NCBI GenBank assembly: GCA_021613535.1
Contig: CP075496.1
Location: 1,736,001 to 1,800,000, forward strand
Length of the DNA: 64,000 nt
Direction: 5' to 3'
DNA from: Adineta vaga
Lineage: Eukaryota; Animalia; Rotifera
A program made the position numbers and the translations under genes. Shown here piece after piece: positions 1 to 15,491 of this stretch (position 1 is its first letter; each line of letters begins with the position of its first letter). The notes below the pieces were generated by a model. The model was not told the origin of the DNA and made no database searches. It was given only the letters and a program-made list of their open reading frames with translations.

Positions 1-362
1 AAATCTCTATTGTACGATACAAACATTATTTTATTCTCTAATTCACTGAATATTCATTCATCTTTGAAGTACATTATATAGAACTCTGTAATTCATGACT
101 TTTTATTCAATTCTTCGCATTGAAAAAGTCATAAAGAAAGATTTTCGTACATAGTTTAATGTATATTAAAAAAGGTATTTTCTTCTCATTTGTACCTCAT
201 TATTCTTCTCTTAGATTGCTAATGCGATGTTTTTTTACAATAATAAAAACATTGTCCACCTACATAATTCCATTTAGTAAAAAACCGTTTTTATTTCTCT
301 CTTTCATCTTTATTACTTCTTATATTCATTCCAAATTCGATCGTTTGATTCTCATTCGAAAA

Positions 363-3300
363 ATGTCTTCATGTCTGGTGATAATCATTCTAATTCATAT
401 CTGTTTACATCGTTCCGAAGCTTCTCCTTGTTCGGAATTAGATCTTTCAACATCAAATAAGAATACAGATGAAAATTATTCAATTCAAACGGAAAAACTT
501 CCATCAACAAATATTCTGAAAGTTTCATTAATAAAAAAATCTATTATTTCCGATACATCTTGGTTTCTTATGGGTGCAAGTGATTCATTGAAATTAGTTG
601 GTTCATGGCAACCATTTACTCCTATGGATGGTCAAGTTATCGATTGTTCAAGTTCATCATCTCAAATTGTAACAAATGAAAATTCATTAGTAAGAAATTC
701 TGATCAATTACAATATGCATTCTATTGGATTCCTCCAATATCATTGAATGAACCGATCGTTTTCGTGGCAACGATTTTCTATCGAAATGAAAAAACAACA
801 ATGACACATATTCAAAGTTTACCAATTGAAATTAATCAAAATCGATATCAAGACGTTAGTCCAAGTAAGTTCCAAAAGAATTTTTGTATTGCAAGAAAAC
901 ATAATCTTTTCTTTTCTAGCATTTTGCGATTCATCACCTTGTCTAAATGGTGGAACATGTATTCGTGATACACAATATTCATTTTGTCGATGTGTTGCAC
1001 CATGGAATGGTGTATTTTGTGCTCTTCGTAATTTCTTTCTATTTGAATGTTTTTTCTTTTAATATTCTCTTCTTTTTTTTCTCATAGAATATTTTCATAT
1101 GATGTTAGCAAGTACTCAACCATTTACAACAGAATTTTATTTTAATACACTTAATTCTCCATCTTATACGAACTTAACAACTTCATTAACTGCCTATTTA
1201 AATTCAGCATTTAGTACACTTCCAGCTAATCGAATTTATTCAATCAATTCTGTTTCGTAAATTCTTGGTTTTTTTTGTTTTGTTTTCTAAACTAAACTTT
1301 TCTTTTCTTTTTAGGCCAAGTCCCATTGGAACATATTTATCCATCAGTGTAGCATTAACACCAACGAGTGGTTTATATACTCCTGTAATTCTTTCAGCAC
1401 TTGCAACAGCTCTTGCTCGTAATAGTACAACACCATTTGGTCATCAATTATCAATTAGTCCAACATATATAAGTAATGCTGTAACACAAGATGGAACACC
1501 ATATACATGTAAATTGATAGTTTTATTTGAATGAAGAAGTATTTGATTTTGTATTGTTATCTTTTAGCTTGTGTATTTCCATATACATTCAATTTACTTG
1601 ATTATAATTTTTGTATTCCATATCAATCAAATTTTGTTTGCTCATCAACTCGTGTTATTGATAGAAATGCGACTCTTAGTAGTCTAGATTGTTCAAGAAA
1701 TAGTTCGTTCATTTGAATTATGTATACATTTAAAAAAAAACATTTTCTCCTCCTTTCTAGTCTTTAATTATATTACCAGAGATGTATGTTTTCCAAGTAT
1801 TTGTCTCAATGGTGGTACATGTGTGAACGTCAATGGAATTGCTACTTGTAATTGTCCGGCATACTTTACGGGTAGTCGTTGCGATCAATGTAAGTTTGAT
1901 TTGATCTATTTCATTATAATTCTTTTCTTTTGTAGTATATGGTTGTAATCCAGTAACAAATTCTCAAGCAGTTACATGTGCAAATGGTGCCACTTGTGTT
2001 GGTAATATTTGTGCTTGTACTTCGAATAATACTGTTGGTACTTTATGTGAAATTGGTATGATAATCGATAGGTTTAGAAGAGATTTGTTTTATTGATTGA
2101 TGTGTATATTTCTAGTGGCTGGAAATACTGGATGTAATTTTCCATTTACATATATGGGTGTTTCATATTCAACATGTGCAGTAATTAATAATCAACCATT
2201 GTGTGTAGCGAGAACCTATGCATCGAATGGACAATTTCCAATTTCACTTGTTGGTTGTGGAGGTTTGATAAAAAGCTTTTCATAGAGAAAGAAGGATATA
2301 TTTTTTTTTCATTGGAATGTTTAGCTCCACAATGTCAAAATAATCCATGTGGAAATCGTGGAACATGCCAAGATACAGTTAGTGGTTCATTTCGTTGTAT
2401 CAATTGTGTAACAGGATATAATGGTTATTTCTGTGAATTACGTAAGAAATTTCTTTTTTGTTTGTTCTTATTTTTTGTTCAAAATTGTTCTTTCAATCTC
2501 TAGAATATCGTACGGTACAATTAACATTTAATGTGACTTATACACCTGATCTTCAAAATGCAAGTAGTAATGCATCGAAACAATTACAAGGATTAATCAA
2601 TCAAACATTGAGTACAGCATTTGTGAATATAACAAATGGTGGAGTTCGACCGGATATTATTCAATATATGTAATATATTTTACTAACCTTCTCAAAAGAA
2701 TTTTCTATACTTTTCTTTTCTCTTAGTCAAAATCCTGATGGAACAACCAGTGTAGTTATTAATGTTAATACAAATTATTTGAATTTTCTTAATAATTCAA
2801 CACAAAATGCATTGGATAAAATAGGTGCAATAACAACAGTATTAGTGAATACAAGTAAATGACGTTTTAATGAGTTATACTTTAGATCTATTTGTTAATT
2901 ATTTAGCTCGAGACTGTGCACCATGGTATATATATCAAGGACGAAATGTTACTGGTTGTGTAACTAATCCACAAAATGTACCGATTTGTTCATTGACAAA
3001 TAACTTCGATCGTGATGGGCAATTTACGAGTTGTCCAGGTTTGAAATCAGATTACATCGTTGTTTTCAAAGAATGTTGGGTTGTTTTTTTTTGTAGAGAC
3101 AATTAATTTGAATTTATGTAATGGAATTTATTGTAATGGTGGTCGATGCATTGCAACAAGTCGAAATTTAACTTATTGTGTATGTCCAAGTGGTGTTACT
3201 GGAACAAATTGTGATCAACGTATGTAAAATTTTCGCAATAAAATTAAAATTGATTTTTTCTTCAAATAGTTTTACAATGTAGTGATCTTAATTGCTTGAA

Positions 3301-6300
3301 TAATGGTACATGTGTTGCATTATCAACAAGTTATTTTCGATGTAATTGTGCACCTGGCTATGGTGGAACATATTGTCAATATAGTAAGAAGAATAAAATC
3401 TCGATATGATTTGATTTATTCATTTAAAAATCGTATATTTATAGGTATTACTGGTTGTGTCTTTCCGTTCGTTGATAATCAAAATCGAACACAAAATACA
3501 TGTATAACAACAAATGATTATATGAATGGAACTGTACCTTGGTGTAGAAATATTCAAGGTTTACCCCAAAGTTGTCAAAGTATGAAAAATAGAAAAAAGA
3601 TTTTCTATGAAACGAAATGAGAATATTTCGTTTTAGTTGATTATTGTGCACAAAAACCATGTAAATATGGTGTTTGTGTTCCTTCAATACGATGGGCATT
3701 TGGAAATTCTTATCCAGCATTTATCTGTAATTGTACCGCTGGTTATACAGGACAATTATGTACACATGGTAAGATTTTTCTTTTTATTTGAAAGAGAATT
3801 CTTTATGAATTTTCATTTTAGCTTATTTTCGAATAAAATCTTTTTTTTCTGCTCCAAATATGTCGACAACATTATTAAATGCTTTGGAATCACCAACAAC
3901 TCAAGCTTATCAAAATCTAATGAATATGTTTCGAGATTTGATTCGTAATCGAACCAATTCAAGTTTTGATTTTCTACCTTTAATGTTCACAACGTAAGTT
4001 TCATCGTCAAACTTTTCAATATTTATCTTGTTAATTTAGTTTTCGAGGTGATGATGGGAATTATATACAAGTGACCGCTGATGCATCGTATGCTGGTAAT
4101 ATTAGTCAAACACAAATTAATAATATTCTACGACCAATTCTCGCCAATCTTCCACCACAATTCAATCTAGTCTTTGATAATACCAGTCTTACGGATATTG
4201 ATGATGTTCAACCATTGAGTGGTGAGAAATTTTTAGAAAAAAATATCAAATTTTTTTTACATATTTGTTTGATTTTTAGCGGCATCGAATTGTACTTTAC
4301 CATATGGATATAATAGTCAATCATTAGCAGTATGTCATGTGGATAGTAATGGTCTTGCTTATTGTTCATATGGACAAAACTATACATTAGCAGATCGAAA
4401 ATTGTGTGATGCAAGTGGTTTACCAACAGCAATGTATACTGCATGTGAAGGATTATCGAATCCATGTAATAGCACATTGAATTTTCCAATTCGTTGTGTG
4501 GCATCGGATACAAATTGGACTTGTTTTTGTGAAGTAACACAAACATTAGGCAGAGATTGTGGAAATCTTGGTAAGAATAGATAATAAATGTATTGTTCTC
4601 TTTTTCTTCATATTGATTAATAGATTTTTGTCGAAATGGTTCATTACTTTGTCGAAATAATGCTTCATGTATTAATCGACCTGATTTACAAGATTTTGCT
4701 TGTAATTGTACAGATCCATATTATGGTCGTCTATGTGAAAATTGTAAGAGAGAGAAAACAAATCATTGAGAAAATAAGAAATGAATTATTCTCATTCTAG
4801 TTGGTCGTGCTTATAAAATCTTTCTAACAAATTATTCAAATGAAACATCACCAGGTATTCCAACATTGATTTCACAGATTAATCAAACAATTATTAATAT
4901 GACAAATGGTGGTGTTATTGCAACATCTATAACTATCAGGTAATAAAAGAAAAGAAAAGAAATGAAACAGAATGAAAATGAAATCACTTATTTATTTTAG
5001 TCCATCTGGTGAAGTAACAATCGTTGTCACTGGACGAAATTATTCCATACCTGATTTCGAACTTCCATTAACTGATAAAGTTCGAACGAATTGGACAGTT
5101 GGCCCATATGTTGTATCATTCAATCAAACAAGTCTTGTTACTATACAAAGTTGGTGATAGAATTCTTTATATAAATAACTTTTTTGTTTTCGAAAATGTT
5201 ATTTAGCAAATGCAACTTGTGTCTTTCCATTTGCGTATAATGGTGTGAATTATACAACATGTATTACAACTGGCTATGATTTTCCATGGTGTAGTACAAC
5301 ACCGACATATACTGGTCGAATTGTTGATTGTCGAAATGGTATGTTCGATGGAAGATGTTTCCTTTTTTTTGTCGAATGAATTGATAAATTGTCTTTTTGT
5401 GTATTGAATAGTTGATTGGTGTGCATCGGGACCGTGTTTAAATAATGGTACTTGTTCAATTAATCAACAATTAGGTACATTTCAATGTAAATGTGTGGAT
5501 GGATGGGTTGGTGTTCGATGTGCTTATCGTAAGTTTGATTTCGATTAACAATATATTTTGTTTCTCTAATCTATATGAACAATCATTTAGCTTCAACAAC
5601 AATAACAATTGTAATTCCACTTGGTAATAATACATTAAATAATGTTACATTATTAAATATCACCAATTCATTACCCAATGGTACAAATATTGATATTATT
5701 AAGTAAATAATTTTCTCAAAACTTTGTTTTTCTAAATAACAACAACAACAACAAAACAAATCCTATTCTCTAGACCTGGTCCAAATAATACGGTGATCAT
5801 TATCATAACAGTCAATGGTACGAATACACCAAATATAACATGGCCCGTATTAAATATCACGAAAGAACCAACGAAAAGTATGAAAACAAAATACTATTTC
5901 AAAAAAAAATTCATACGAATAAAATGTTATTTTAGATGTTGATGGTTGTGTTTTTCCATTTATATATAACAATGAATCGTATTCTTCATGTATACCTGTA
6001 TTTCAAAATCGGACAGCATATTGCTGTCGAACTGCTAATTGTGATGTCAATCCTCAATGGCAATTTTGTAATAATTCAAGTAAATATTATTTTCCTTTGA
6101 TAATCTTCTATAAGAACAAAAATCAAACTCTCAATTAGATATTTGTTCGGTTTGTGCACCGAATGCGAATTGTATATTAAGTGCACCTGGTATCATCACA
6201 TGTATTTGTCCCGTAGGTTTTACAGGTAGTCTTTGTGATACAAGTAAATATTTTTCGTTATTTGTAGAAAACATGCTCATTTTCTTTCTCATGTTTTTAG

Positions 6301-9300
6301 CAATTGATTTATGCGTACAACGAAATCAAAGTTGTCTTAATAATGGTGTATGTGTGATAAATCCGATTACATTATTACCTTATTGCAATTGTAGTTCATC
6401 ATTATTCACTGGTATACGATGTGAAGTAAGTTTGTAACAAAAGAAAAAGAATGAAGAATTGCAATTGATTATGTTACTTTTGTTTCAAGACTTTTATACC
6501 GTGTTTACAAGGACCCTGTCTAAATAATGGTACATGTTCAGCATATACAAATGCAACAGTTCGATGTAATTGTAGCAATTGTTATAGTGGAGCTTTTTGT
6601 CAAATTGCTGATTATTGTTGTTTGAATGTTTGTTCACCGAACGGTGTTTGTATCCCAGGTTTAAATGGCACATATACATGTATTTGTCAACCAAATTATG
6701 TTGGAATGAATTGTAGTACATTTAATCCATGTGCTTTATTACCATGTCAAAATGGTGGTAAGTTTACGAAAAAAAGATGAAGAAATCAAAAGAATATGTT
6801 TTGATTTTGAGGAACGTGTGTGATTGTAAATGGAACAAATTATCAATGTTCATGTCCAGCAGGATGGACAGGTATTAATTGTGGAACACAATTGAATCCA
6901 TGTGGATTATCACCGTGTCTAAATAATGGACAATGTGTCTCACTTGGTACTCAATTTTTATGCATATGTGCTACAGGTTTTAATGGAACACTTTGTCAAG
7001 TTCCAATTAATCCATGTGGAAGCAATCCGTGTAAATATATTCTTTTAGATTTTGATTTATGAATGAATGAAACACCTAATATGATATATTTCTAGGTTTC
7101 AATAATGGTACATGTTATCAACAAATATTAAATTCAACTAATGCTCTTGGATACGTTTGTGTATGTAATCAATCATTATATACAGGTTCACGATGTGAAA
7201 CTCTTCTTTCACCATGTCCAACAAATCCTGCTCTTACATCACCTTGTCTCAATGGTGGTGTCTGTATTCCAAGTGCCAATGGATTAACTTATAATTGTTC
7301 GTGTCCATATCCATATACTGGTTTAAATTGTGGTCAAATGATAAATCCATGTAGTCCAAATCCATGTTTACCATATGGCCAATGTTATATTAATGTCGCA
7401 ACATCAAATTATACTTGTGTATGTATTAATACAACGTTTACTGGTCCATTATGTCAAAATTTAACGAACCCATGTTTATCATCACCATGTTTAAATGGTT
7501 CAACTTGCATCGCCAATGGAACAGGATTTAATTGTTCATGTCCACCGAATCGTACAGGTCTTTACTGTGAAAATTTTCTTCCACCTTGTACGAATGTAAC
7601 CTGTTTCAATAATGGTACATGTCTTTATTCCACTACATCAGTAACTTGTTTATGTCCACCATTATATACTGGTCCACAATGTCTTCAACCTGTAAATCCA
7701 TGTAGTCCATCACCATGTTTACATAATGGAACATGTATTAATCAATTTCTTAATCAGTTTCTTTGTTTATGTCCAACAACATGGACTGGAAGTTTATGTG
7801 AAACATTAGTAAATCCATGTTTAAACTATCCTTGTTTTTTTGGTGGTACATGTCTATTAGATAGTACATATAAACCAAGTTGTATATGTCTACTGACACA
7901 AACAGGTCCTTATTGTGAAACAACACTTGATCCATGTTTAAATCGGCCTTGTTATAATAATGGTACATGTATTTCGAATTCTCAACGAACAAGTTATACA
8001 TGTACATGTCCACCATTATATACAGGTGTTCGATGTGAAAATTTAGTCGATCCATGTTTACCAAATCGTTGTATATTTGGTACATGTTATACGTTAGCAA
8101 ATGGAACATATTATTGTGCATGTACTGCTAGTTATACAGGACTTATTTGTGATCATCCTATTGATCAATGTGCATTATCACCATGGTAATTCTTTTTCAT
8201 TGTTTCACGAAAAATAACATTTGAAAAATCTTATTTTATTTTAGTATTAATAATGGTACTTGTGTAAATTTAGGTACAACTTATTTATGTTTATGTCCAA
8301 CAGGTACAACTGGTCGTTCATGTGAACAAATTGTTAATCCATGTTTGATTAATCCCTGTAAATCGGGTACTTGTTATTCTACAGGAACTCGTTATCTATG
8401 TGCATGTGATGCAGCACATACAGGACCTTTGTGTGAGATTTCATTAGATCCATGTTTATCATATCCATGTTTAAATAATCAAACATGTATACGTGATGCA
8501 ATGAATACAAGTTATATATGTCTTTGCGCTTCACCATATACAGGTCAACGTTGTGAAACAACACTTTTAACATGTCTAACAGTGACATGTTTAAATGGTG
8601 GTACATGTGTTCAAACAACATTATCAACAACTCAATGTTTATGTGTAAATGGTTATTCAGGTACCTATTGTGAAATTGTAACAAATCCTTGTCAATCACG
8701 TCCTTGTTATAATAATGGAACTTGTCTATCAACATTTAATAATACATATATGTGTGTTTGTCAAACAAGTTATATAGGTACTTATTGTGAACAATACAAT
8801 CCCTGTTTAAATTTTATATGTCTAAATGGTGGTACATGTGCTATTTCACCGTCATCCATTGGTGGTCGTATGTGTATTTGTCTACCATCTTATACTGGTC
8901 TAACATGTGAAGTACCTATAACACCTTGTATAAATTCACCATGTGTGAATAATGGTATTTGTGTTGTTACACCTGGTACAGCTAATTATTCATGTATATG
9001 TACACCTGCATATGCAGGTATATTTTGTGAAACATATATTAATCCATGTCTTACTTACCTTTGTGCCAATGGAGGTACATGTTATCGAACTGCTGATAGT
9101 AGACCTATATGTGCATGTTTAACAATATATACGGGAGCTCAAGTATGAATAATATTTAATTTCTCTTCTTTGTTTTTTGATAGATTAGACTGCTTTATTT
9201 ATTTATTAGTGTTTAACTCGAATTGATCCTTGTCTATCAAATCCATGTGTTAATAATGGTATATGTTTATCATCATCAACAACATATAATTATTCATGTC

Positions 9301-12300
9301 TTTGCGCAACAAATTATACGGGTTATCGTTGTGAAAATTATATTGGTGCATGTACAACAACAATATGTCAAAATGGTGGCACGTGCGTTTATAATGGTTT
9401 AAATATAATATCATGTATATGTCCACCTGTATGGACAGGTACTTTATGTACACAACGTATCGATCCATGTACAACAGCAAATCCTTGTTTAAATTCTGGT
9501 ATATGTATTGCAATATTTAATAGTACAAATCAAACAACTATTCATTGTCAATGTTTAGCAGCATATACAGGTATATTTCATTTTTCATATAAGAAAACAA
9601 CTCTTCTATCATATATTAGGTTCATATTGTGAAACACCAATATCACCATGTCAAAATTTACGTTGTATCAATGGTCAATGTTTATTACGTGCAGATGGAA
9701 CTGCTACATGTTATTGTAATAGTCAATGGACAGGTCTTGCATGTGATACATTAATATCTCCATGTACATCTCAACCATGTTTAAATAATGGTATTTGTTA
9801 TTCTACGGGTGTAAGTTATTCATGTATTTGTACACAAGGTTATTCGGGTTTACGATGTGAAATCATTCCACCAAGTACATGTACTTTAATTTGTGCTAAT
9901 AATGGAACATGTGCTATACGTGGACAAGATAATGTTCAAATATGTGTTTGTCCAACAAGTTATACGGGTAGTCGATGTGAAATACAGATATCATCTTGTT
10001 CACCATCACCATGCTTAAATAATGGTGTATGCTTACCAACAACATATACAAATGGTACATTAGGTTTTCAATGTATTTGTACAGTACCTTATACAGGTAA
10101 ACAAGAGAATGATTTTATTTGAAGAGAACAAACGAAATCAATTTATTCTAGGTCCAATATGTGCAACTTATATAACAGTTGGATGTGGAAATGTTACTTG
10201 TTTAAATGGTGGTACATGTTTAATAAATAATGATCGAACAATATGTCAATGTCCAAGTATTTTCACAGGCACTCGTTGTGAATCATTAATCAATTCATGT
10301 GATAGTAAGAAAACAATATAGAGTGTTAATAGAAAAAGAAAATAATAATAATTTTGTATTCTAAATTCAAGGTAATCCATGTGTCAATGGTGGTACATGT
10401 TATACAACGGGAATGGGTCGTAAAAAACGTCAAACTACAACAGCACTTGGTTATTATTGTCAATGTCCAACAATTTATACTGGTGCTCGTTGTGAAACAT
10501 ATCTTTCTCTATGTGGGTCAAATCCTTGTCGAAACAATGGTACATGTTATCAAGATTCAATTGCAAGTCGAATATATTGTATGTGTTTACCCACTTACAC
10601 GGGCACATTTTGTAATATATCAACAAATGGAACGAATATATGTACATTAAATCCAACGATTTGTGTCAATGGTGGAATATGCCGAGTGAATACATTGTTA
10701 GCAGAAGGTTTTTCATGTATATGTCCAACGACACAAACAGGTGTCTATTGTGAACAAACTATTGATCAATGTAAAACAATTCCAATACCTTGTTTAAATA
10801 ATGGAACTTGTGTATGTTTGCAATTCATTGATTTTCTTTAATGTATAGATTTTTTTCGTTGATTAGATTTCTTCTTTAACGGGTTATATGTGTATTTGTC
10901 CACCGAGTTTTACAGGTACTAATTGTTCGATTCCTACAAATCCGTGTAGTTCACAACCTTGTTTTCGTAATGGAACATGTTTGGCAATTGGTACACAATC
11001 ATATACATGTGTTTGTCCAACTGGTTACCTTGGTAATCGATGTGAAATATGTAATTGTGCATGTTACATCTATCCATGTAAGTTTTTGATATATTGTTCA
11101 ATCATTTCGTTCACTTTTCTCTAATAGGTCTTAATGGAGGTGTTTGTCGATCAACGGAAACGGGTGGTGTTGTATGTGCATGTCCAGTTGGTTTTACAGG
11201 TGTTCGATGGTAGGAAAAATGATTGATTTTATATTGAATTAAATATCATTATTTTAGTGAAACTTCTATTCTTCCTTGCGATTCGAATCCATGTAAGTTT
11301 TATTTTTAAACTGTTTATTCATCTAACTTTTTGTAAATATGATTTAGGTTTGAATAAAGGTGTATGCATTTATGATCCAGTAACGATGCAAATGAAATGT
11401 CAATGTTGTGGTTTGGCAACTGGAACGTCAGTGATCATTTTATATACATTTATTTTTTTAAACGACAATTTTTATATTTAGTTTTTGTGAAATACTACTC
11501 AATCCATGTAATAATTCAATCCCATATTGTTTCAATAATGGTACTTGTGTTCTTGATTCAAATTCAAAACCAATGTGCATGTGTCCAAGTACTTTCACGG
11601 GTTAGTTCACAAAAAAAACATGTTTATAATTCATTTATTTTATTTCTTGTATTTAGGTCTTTATTGTGAAACTTATACAAATCCATGTTCATTAGTTACT
11701 TGTATTCAAGGCACATGTGTTATGTTAGCTAATTCTACCTTTCTTTGTATATGTCCATCAGGTCGTTCAGGTCGGTATTGTGAAATAGCTGATCCATGTT
11801 TGGTTGCATCTGGAACAATGTCACCTTGTCGTAATGGTGGTACATGTAATCGTTTGACTACTACTACTTATTCATGCATATGTCCTGTTGGCTTTACTGG
11901 TGTCACTTGTGATATAGCTAATCCATGTTCAAGTATGCCATGTGCAGCAAATGCAACATGTGCAACTCTATTAAATAGTAGTGCTATTTGTTTGTGTCCA
12001 GCAGGCACTACAGGTAGTCGTTGTAATCAAACGATACCAACACAATTTTGTTCATCATCACCTTGTCGTAATAATGGTATTTGTCTTGGAACAACATGTT
12101 TATGTCCAAATAATACCAGTGGACCCACATGTAATATAACACAGACACCATGTCCAACAGCTGCTCGACCAACACTTGTCTGTTATAATGGTGGTACATG
12201 TATTTCCGGTCAAGGATGTTACTGTGGTACAGACTTTGGTGATGAGGGTTGTGAAACACCTTTAACAAATGGTTGTTCAGATTCAACTTGCTTAAATGGT

Positions 12301-15153
12301 GGCACTTGTGTTACATTATTCAATCGTACAATTATATGTGTATGTCTTACAGGGTATACAGGTAGAAATTGTGCAACATTGATATCATTATGTCAACCAA
12401 ATCCATGTCAATCCAATGGTACTTGTATTCCAAGTGGATCAACTGGTTATATGTGTGCATGTCAACCAAGTTTTACCGGTCCACAATGCAATCTAGTGAC
12501 AAATGCCTGTCTCTATGTACCATGTAAGTTTTCGAATTATGTATATCCTATATCAATCTATTATCTTTAGGTTTAAACGGTGGCACTTGTTTACCACTTC
12601 TAAATGGAGCTTACACTTGCTATTGTCCATCAATATATACGGGTGCGCAATGTCAAACACTACTCAATCCTTGTTTATCATCACCTTGTAATACAGGTAC
12701 ATGTACTACGATAAATAATGGTCTTTCATATGCATGTATTTGTCCATCACAATTAACCGGTCCAAATTGTCTTACAGCAAATCCATGTGGACTTCAACCA
12801 TGTCTTAATGGTGGTACATGTATACCAACAAGTTTAAGTACTTATACATGTACATGTCCACAAAATTATATAGGTATAAATTGTCAAACATTGAATTTAT
12901 GTTCACCAAATCCATGTATTAACAATGGAACCTGTCAATCAGTAACAGCATCAACTGTATCATGTTTGTGTACATCAGCTTATTATGGTTCACTATGTGA
13001 AACATTGAATCCATGTCGAAATTATGTATGTGTTCATGGTCTTTGTCAAATAAATCCAACAACATTAGTTGCACAATGTGCCTGTTATGCTGGATGGACA
13101 GGTACAAATTGTAATATCTCGATTGCTTGTCTAAGTAGTCCATGCGTTTATGGTACATGTGTTGCATCGGATTCGACTGGTTATTATTGTTATTGTTTGC
13201 CTGATTATTATGGTTCAAAATGTGAATTACCAATTGTACGAACACCATGTCAAAATAATCCATGTCGAAATGGTGGTACATGCCAAGTTACATCTACGAA
13301 TGGTTATATTTGTTCATGTCCAGCATATTATGTCGGTGTCAATTGTGAAGCAATTAATCCATGTATTCTAATTGGAGCATTAACATCATGTCAACCAGTA
13401 TTAACTTCAACAGGAAATTATACTTGTTCATGTTCATCAAATCCAGTAAGTTGTATACAAAGTTTTAGAATGAATAATTATTATTTTTTTTCTTTGTTTC
13501 TTTTGTTCTAGTGTTCAAGTAATCCATGTCAATATGGAACATGTACTATAATTAATTCTGGTACGGCTTATCGTTGCCTATGTTATCCAGGTTATTTAGG
13601 TCGACAATGCAATTTACCTGATCCATGTGATATAACTACTTGTTATAATGGTGGTACATGTGTTCCAACAGTTAATGACGCCAATACTCAAGTGACTCAA
13701 ACATGTATCTGTCCACCATCGCAACATTTTGTTGGTCAATTCTGTGAACATTATAATCCATGTATATCATCACCATGTATCAATAATTCAACCTGTTCAT
13801 ATTATATCAATGTCACATGTTATTATTATTGTACATGTCCAGTTGGATATTCGGGTGAACGTTGTCAATTTTCTCTTTCACAAACACGTTGTGAATCCGT
13901 TGGTCTAATAAATAATTGTCGAAATGGAGGTACATGTATGTTAATTGGTGGTGCTACACAATGTTTTTGTACATCAATGCATACGGGTACATTATGTGAA
14001 GGTACAATTGATATGTGTGGATTACGTGTCTGTCAAAATGGTGGTACATGCACAATTGTAAATGGAACAAATGTACTCTGTCAATGTTTGTCAACATTTC
14101 AAGGAAAATTTTGTGAATATCCACTTGATCCATGTGCTGTTAAACCATGTTTAAATAATGGTCAATGTATTGCATCAGGTACAACGTTTGCATGTAATTG
14201 TGCTCAAACAATGTATACCGGACCAAGATGTCAAACATTAGTTTCATCGCCATGTGCATCAAATCCAGTAAGAATTTCTTTGTTTATTTTCATATAGAAT
14301 TCATTTTTTCTAAAATTTAATTCATAGTGTATCAATGGTGGTACCTGTCAGATAGTCGGTACATCATATACTTGTCTATGTCCAACAGTTTTTACTGGTC
14401 CAACATGTTCACAATCATTAAGTCTTTGTTCTACAATTCAATGTATCAATGGTGGTACCTGTTCCGATTATGGTTCATTTGCTATTTGTAATTGTTTAAT
14501 TAATTTTACTGGTGAACGTTGTCAATATGTGAATCAATGTTATCCAACTTCTCCATGTCTTAATGGTGGTACATGTATATCTGTATTGAATAGTTTTTCA
14601 TGCCAATGTCCGGTTGGTCGAACAGGTACGACATGTCAATTATTCTCGGATAATCCATGTGCAGGAGGTCAACGATGTCTTAACGGTGGAACATGTACGA
14701 TATTATCAGGAACAAATGATGCAACTTGTTTATGTCCAACGAATTTTGCTGGACAATCATGTGAACAAATAACAACAACAACAACATCAGTATCGTCATC
14801 AATTGTTACAATTCTTCCAGAAAAGTCTTCGACTGTTATTGAAACAACATCAATGATCAATTTTAATACAACAAATGCACCATATTCATGTGATGATACA
14901 TCATTAGCATGTCTTGCTTATCGTTCATATTGTAGTCCTGAATATGAATTTTCTGGTATTCCATGTCGTGTACTTTGTCCAAGAACATGTGATACTTGTA
15001 AGATTGATTCATTATTTATAATTGATACATCTTATCATTTTATTTTTAGGTTGTGACGACTTTTATAAAGATGGTACATGTTCATTAGAGAATTGTCGAC
15101 GTAATTCTGAACTTGAACCTTATTGTCGAAAATCATGTATCTGCAAAATCTGA
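363..15153 (+). CDS. Very large multi-exon secreted protein (~4000 aa): signal peptide, Reeler-like domain, alternating EGF / SEA-like / fibronectin type II modules, a long EGF tandem array (roughly 60 repeats), Thr/Ser linker and two C-terminal ShKT-like domains
   Basis: ATG at 363 gives MSSCLVIIILIHICLHRSEA (signal peptide). Reeler-like motif FYWIPP...IVFVATI. FN2 motifs such as CVFPFAYNGVNYTTCITTGYDFPWCSTT. Repeated NPCxxxPCxNGGTC...CxCxxxYTGxxC EGF units across the many short ORFs, joined by ~50-60 nt GT-AG introns. ShKT-like CDD...CPRTCDTC and ...YCRKSCICKI end at TGA 15151-15153. No transmembrane segment seen. Confidence 0.85.
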
Positions 15154-15491
15154 CATTGAAAAACTATATATTTTTTTTCTTTCGTTCTTTCGTGTTTAAT
15201 TCAGACATAATAAAATCAATTTCCAGAGCTTCGGTTTCTTTTTTTCTTCGATGTTATGTTTTCAAATGATTTTATCAAATAAAATATCTTTCGTCGATAA
15301 ATGAACGAAACTCTCCCTCTCTCTCTACGTGTATAATATAACCGATGTTTTTACCCTTTCTCTGATTTCAAAAACAAACCAATGAACACACACACGATCG
15401 ACTAACAGACAGAATGAGAAAAACAAACGAATAACGATCTACCATCCTACATTCAAACATATGTAGACAAAAAAAAAGATTCAATGAAACT

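Noticed and set aside
159-362. ORF-track start at 159 for the first gene
   Set aside because: The extension is UTR-like low-complexity sequence, whereas the ATG at 363 begins a clean signal peptide.
6140-14770. Calling the EGF array Notch, Crumbs or fibropellin
   Set aside because: No LNR, ankyrin, laminin-G, CUB, avidin or transmembrane segments were seen; the similarity is generic to EGF repeats.
6490-14860. Numerous minus-strand and off-frame ORFs rich in M/Y/H/N within the EGF gene
   Set aside because: They are shadow frames of Cys-rich TGT/ACA codon repeats with no independent coding signal.
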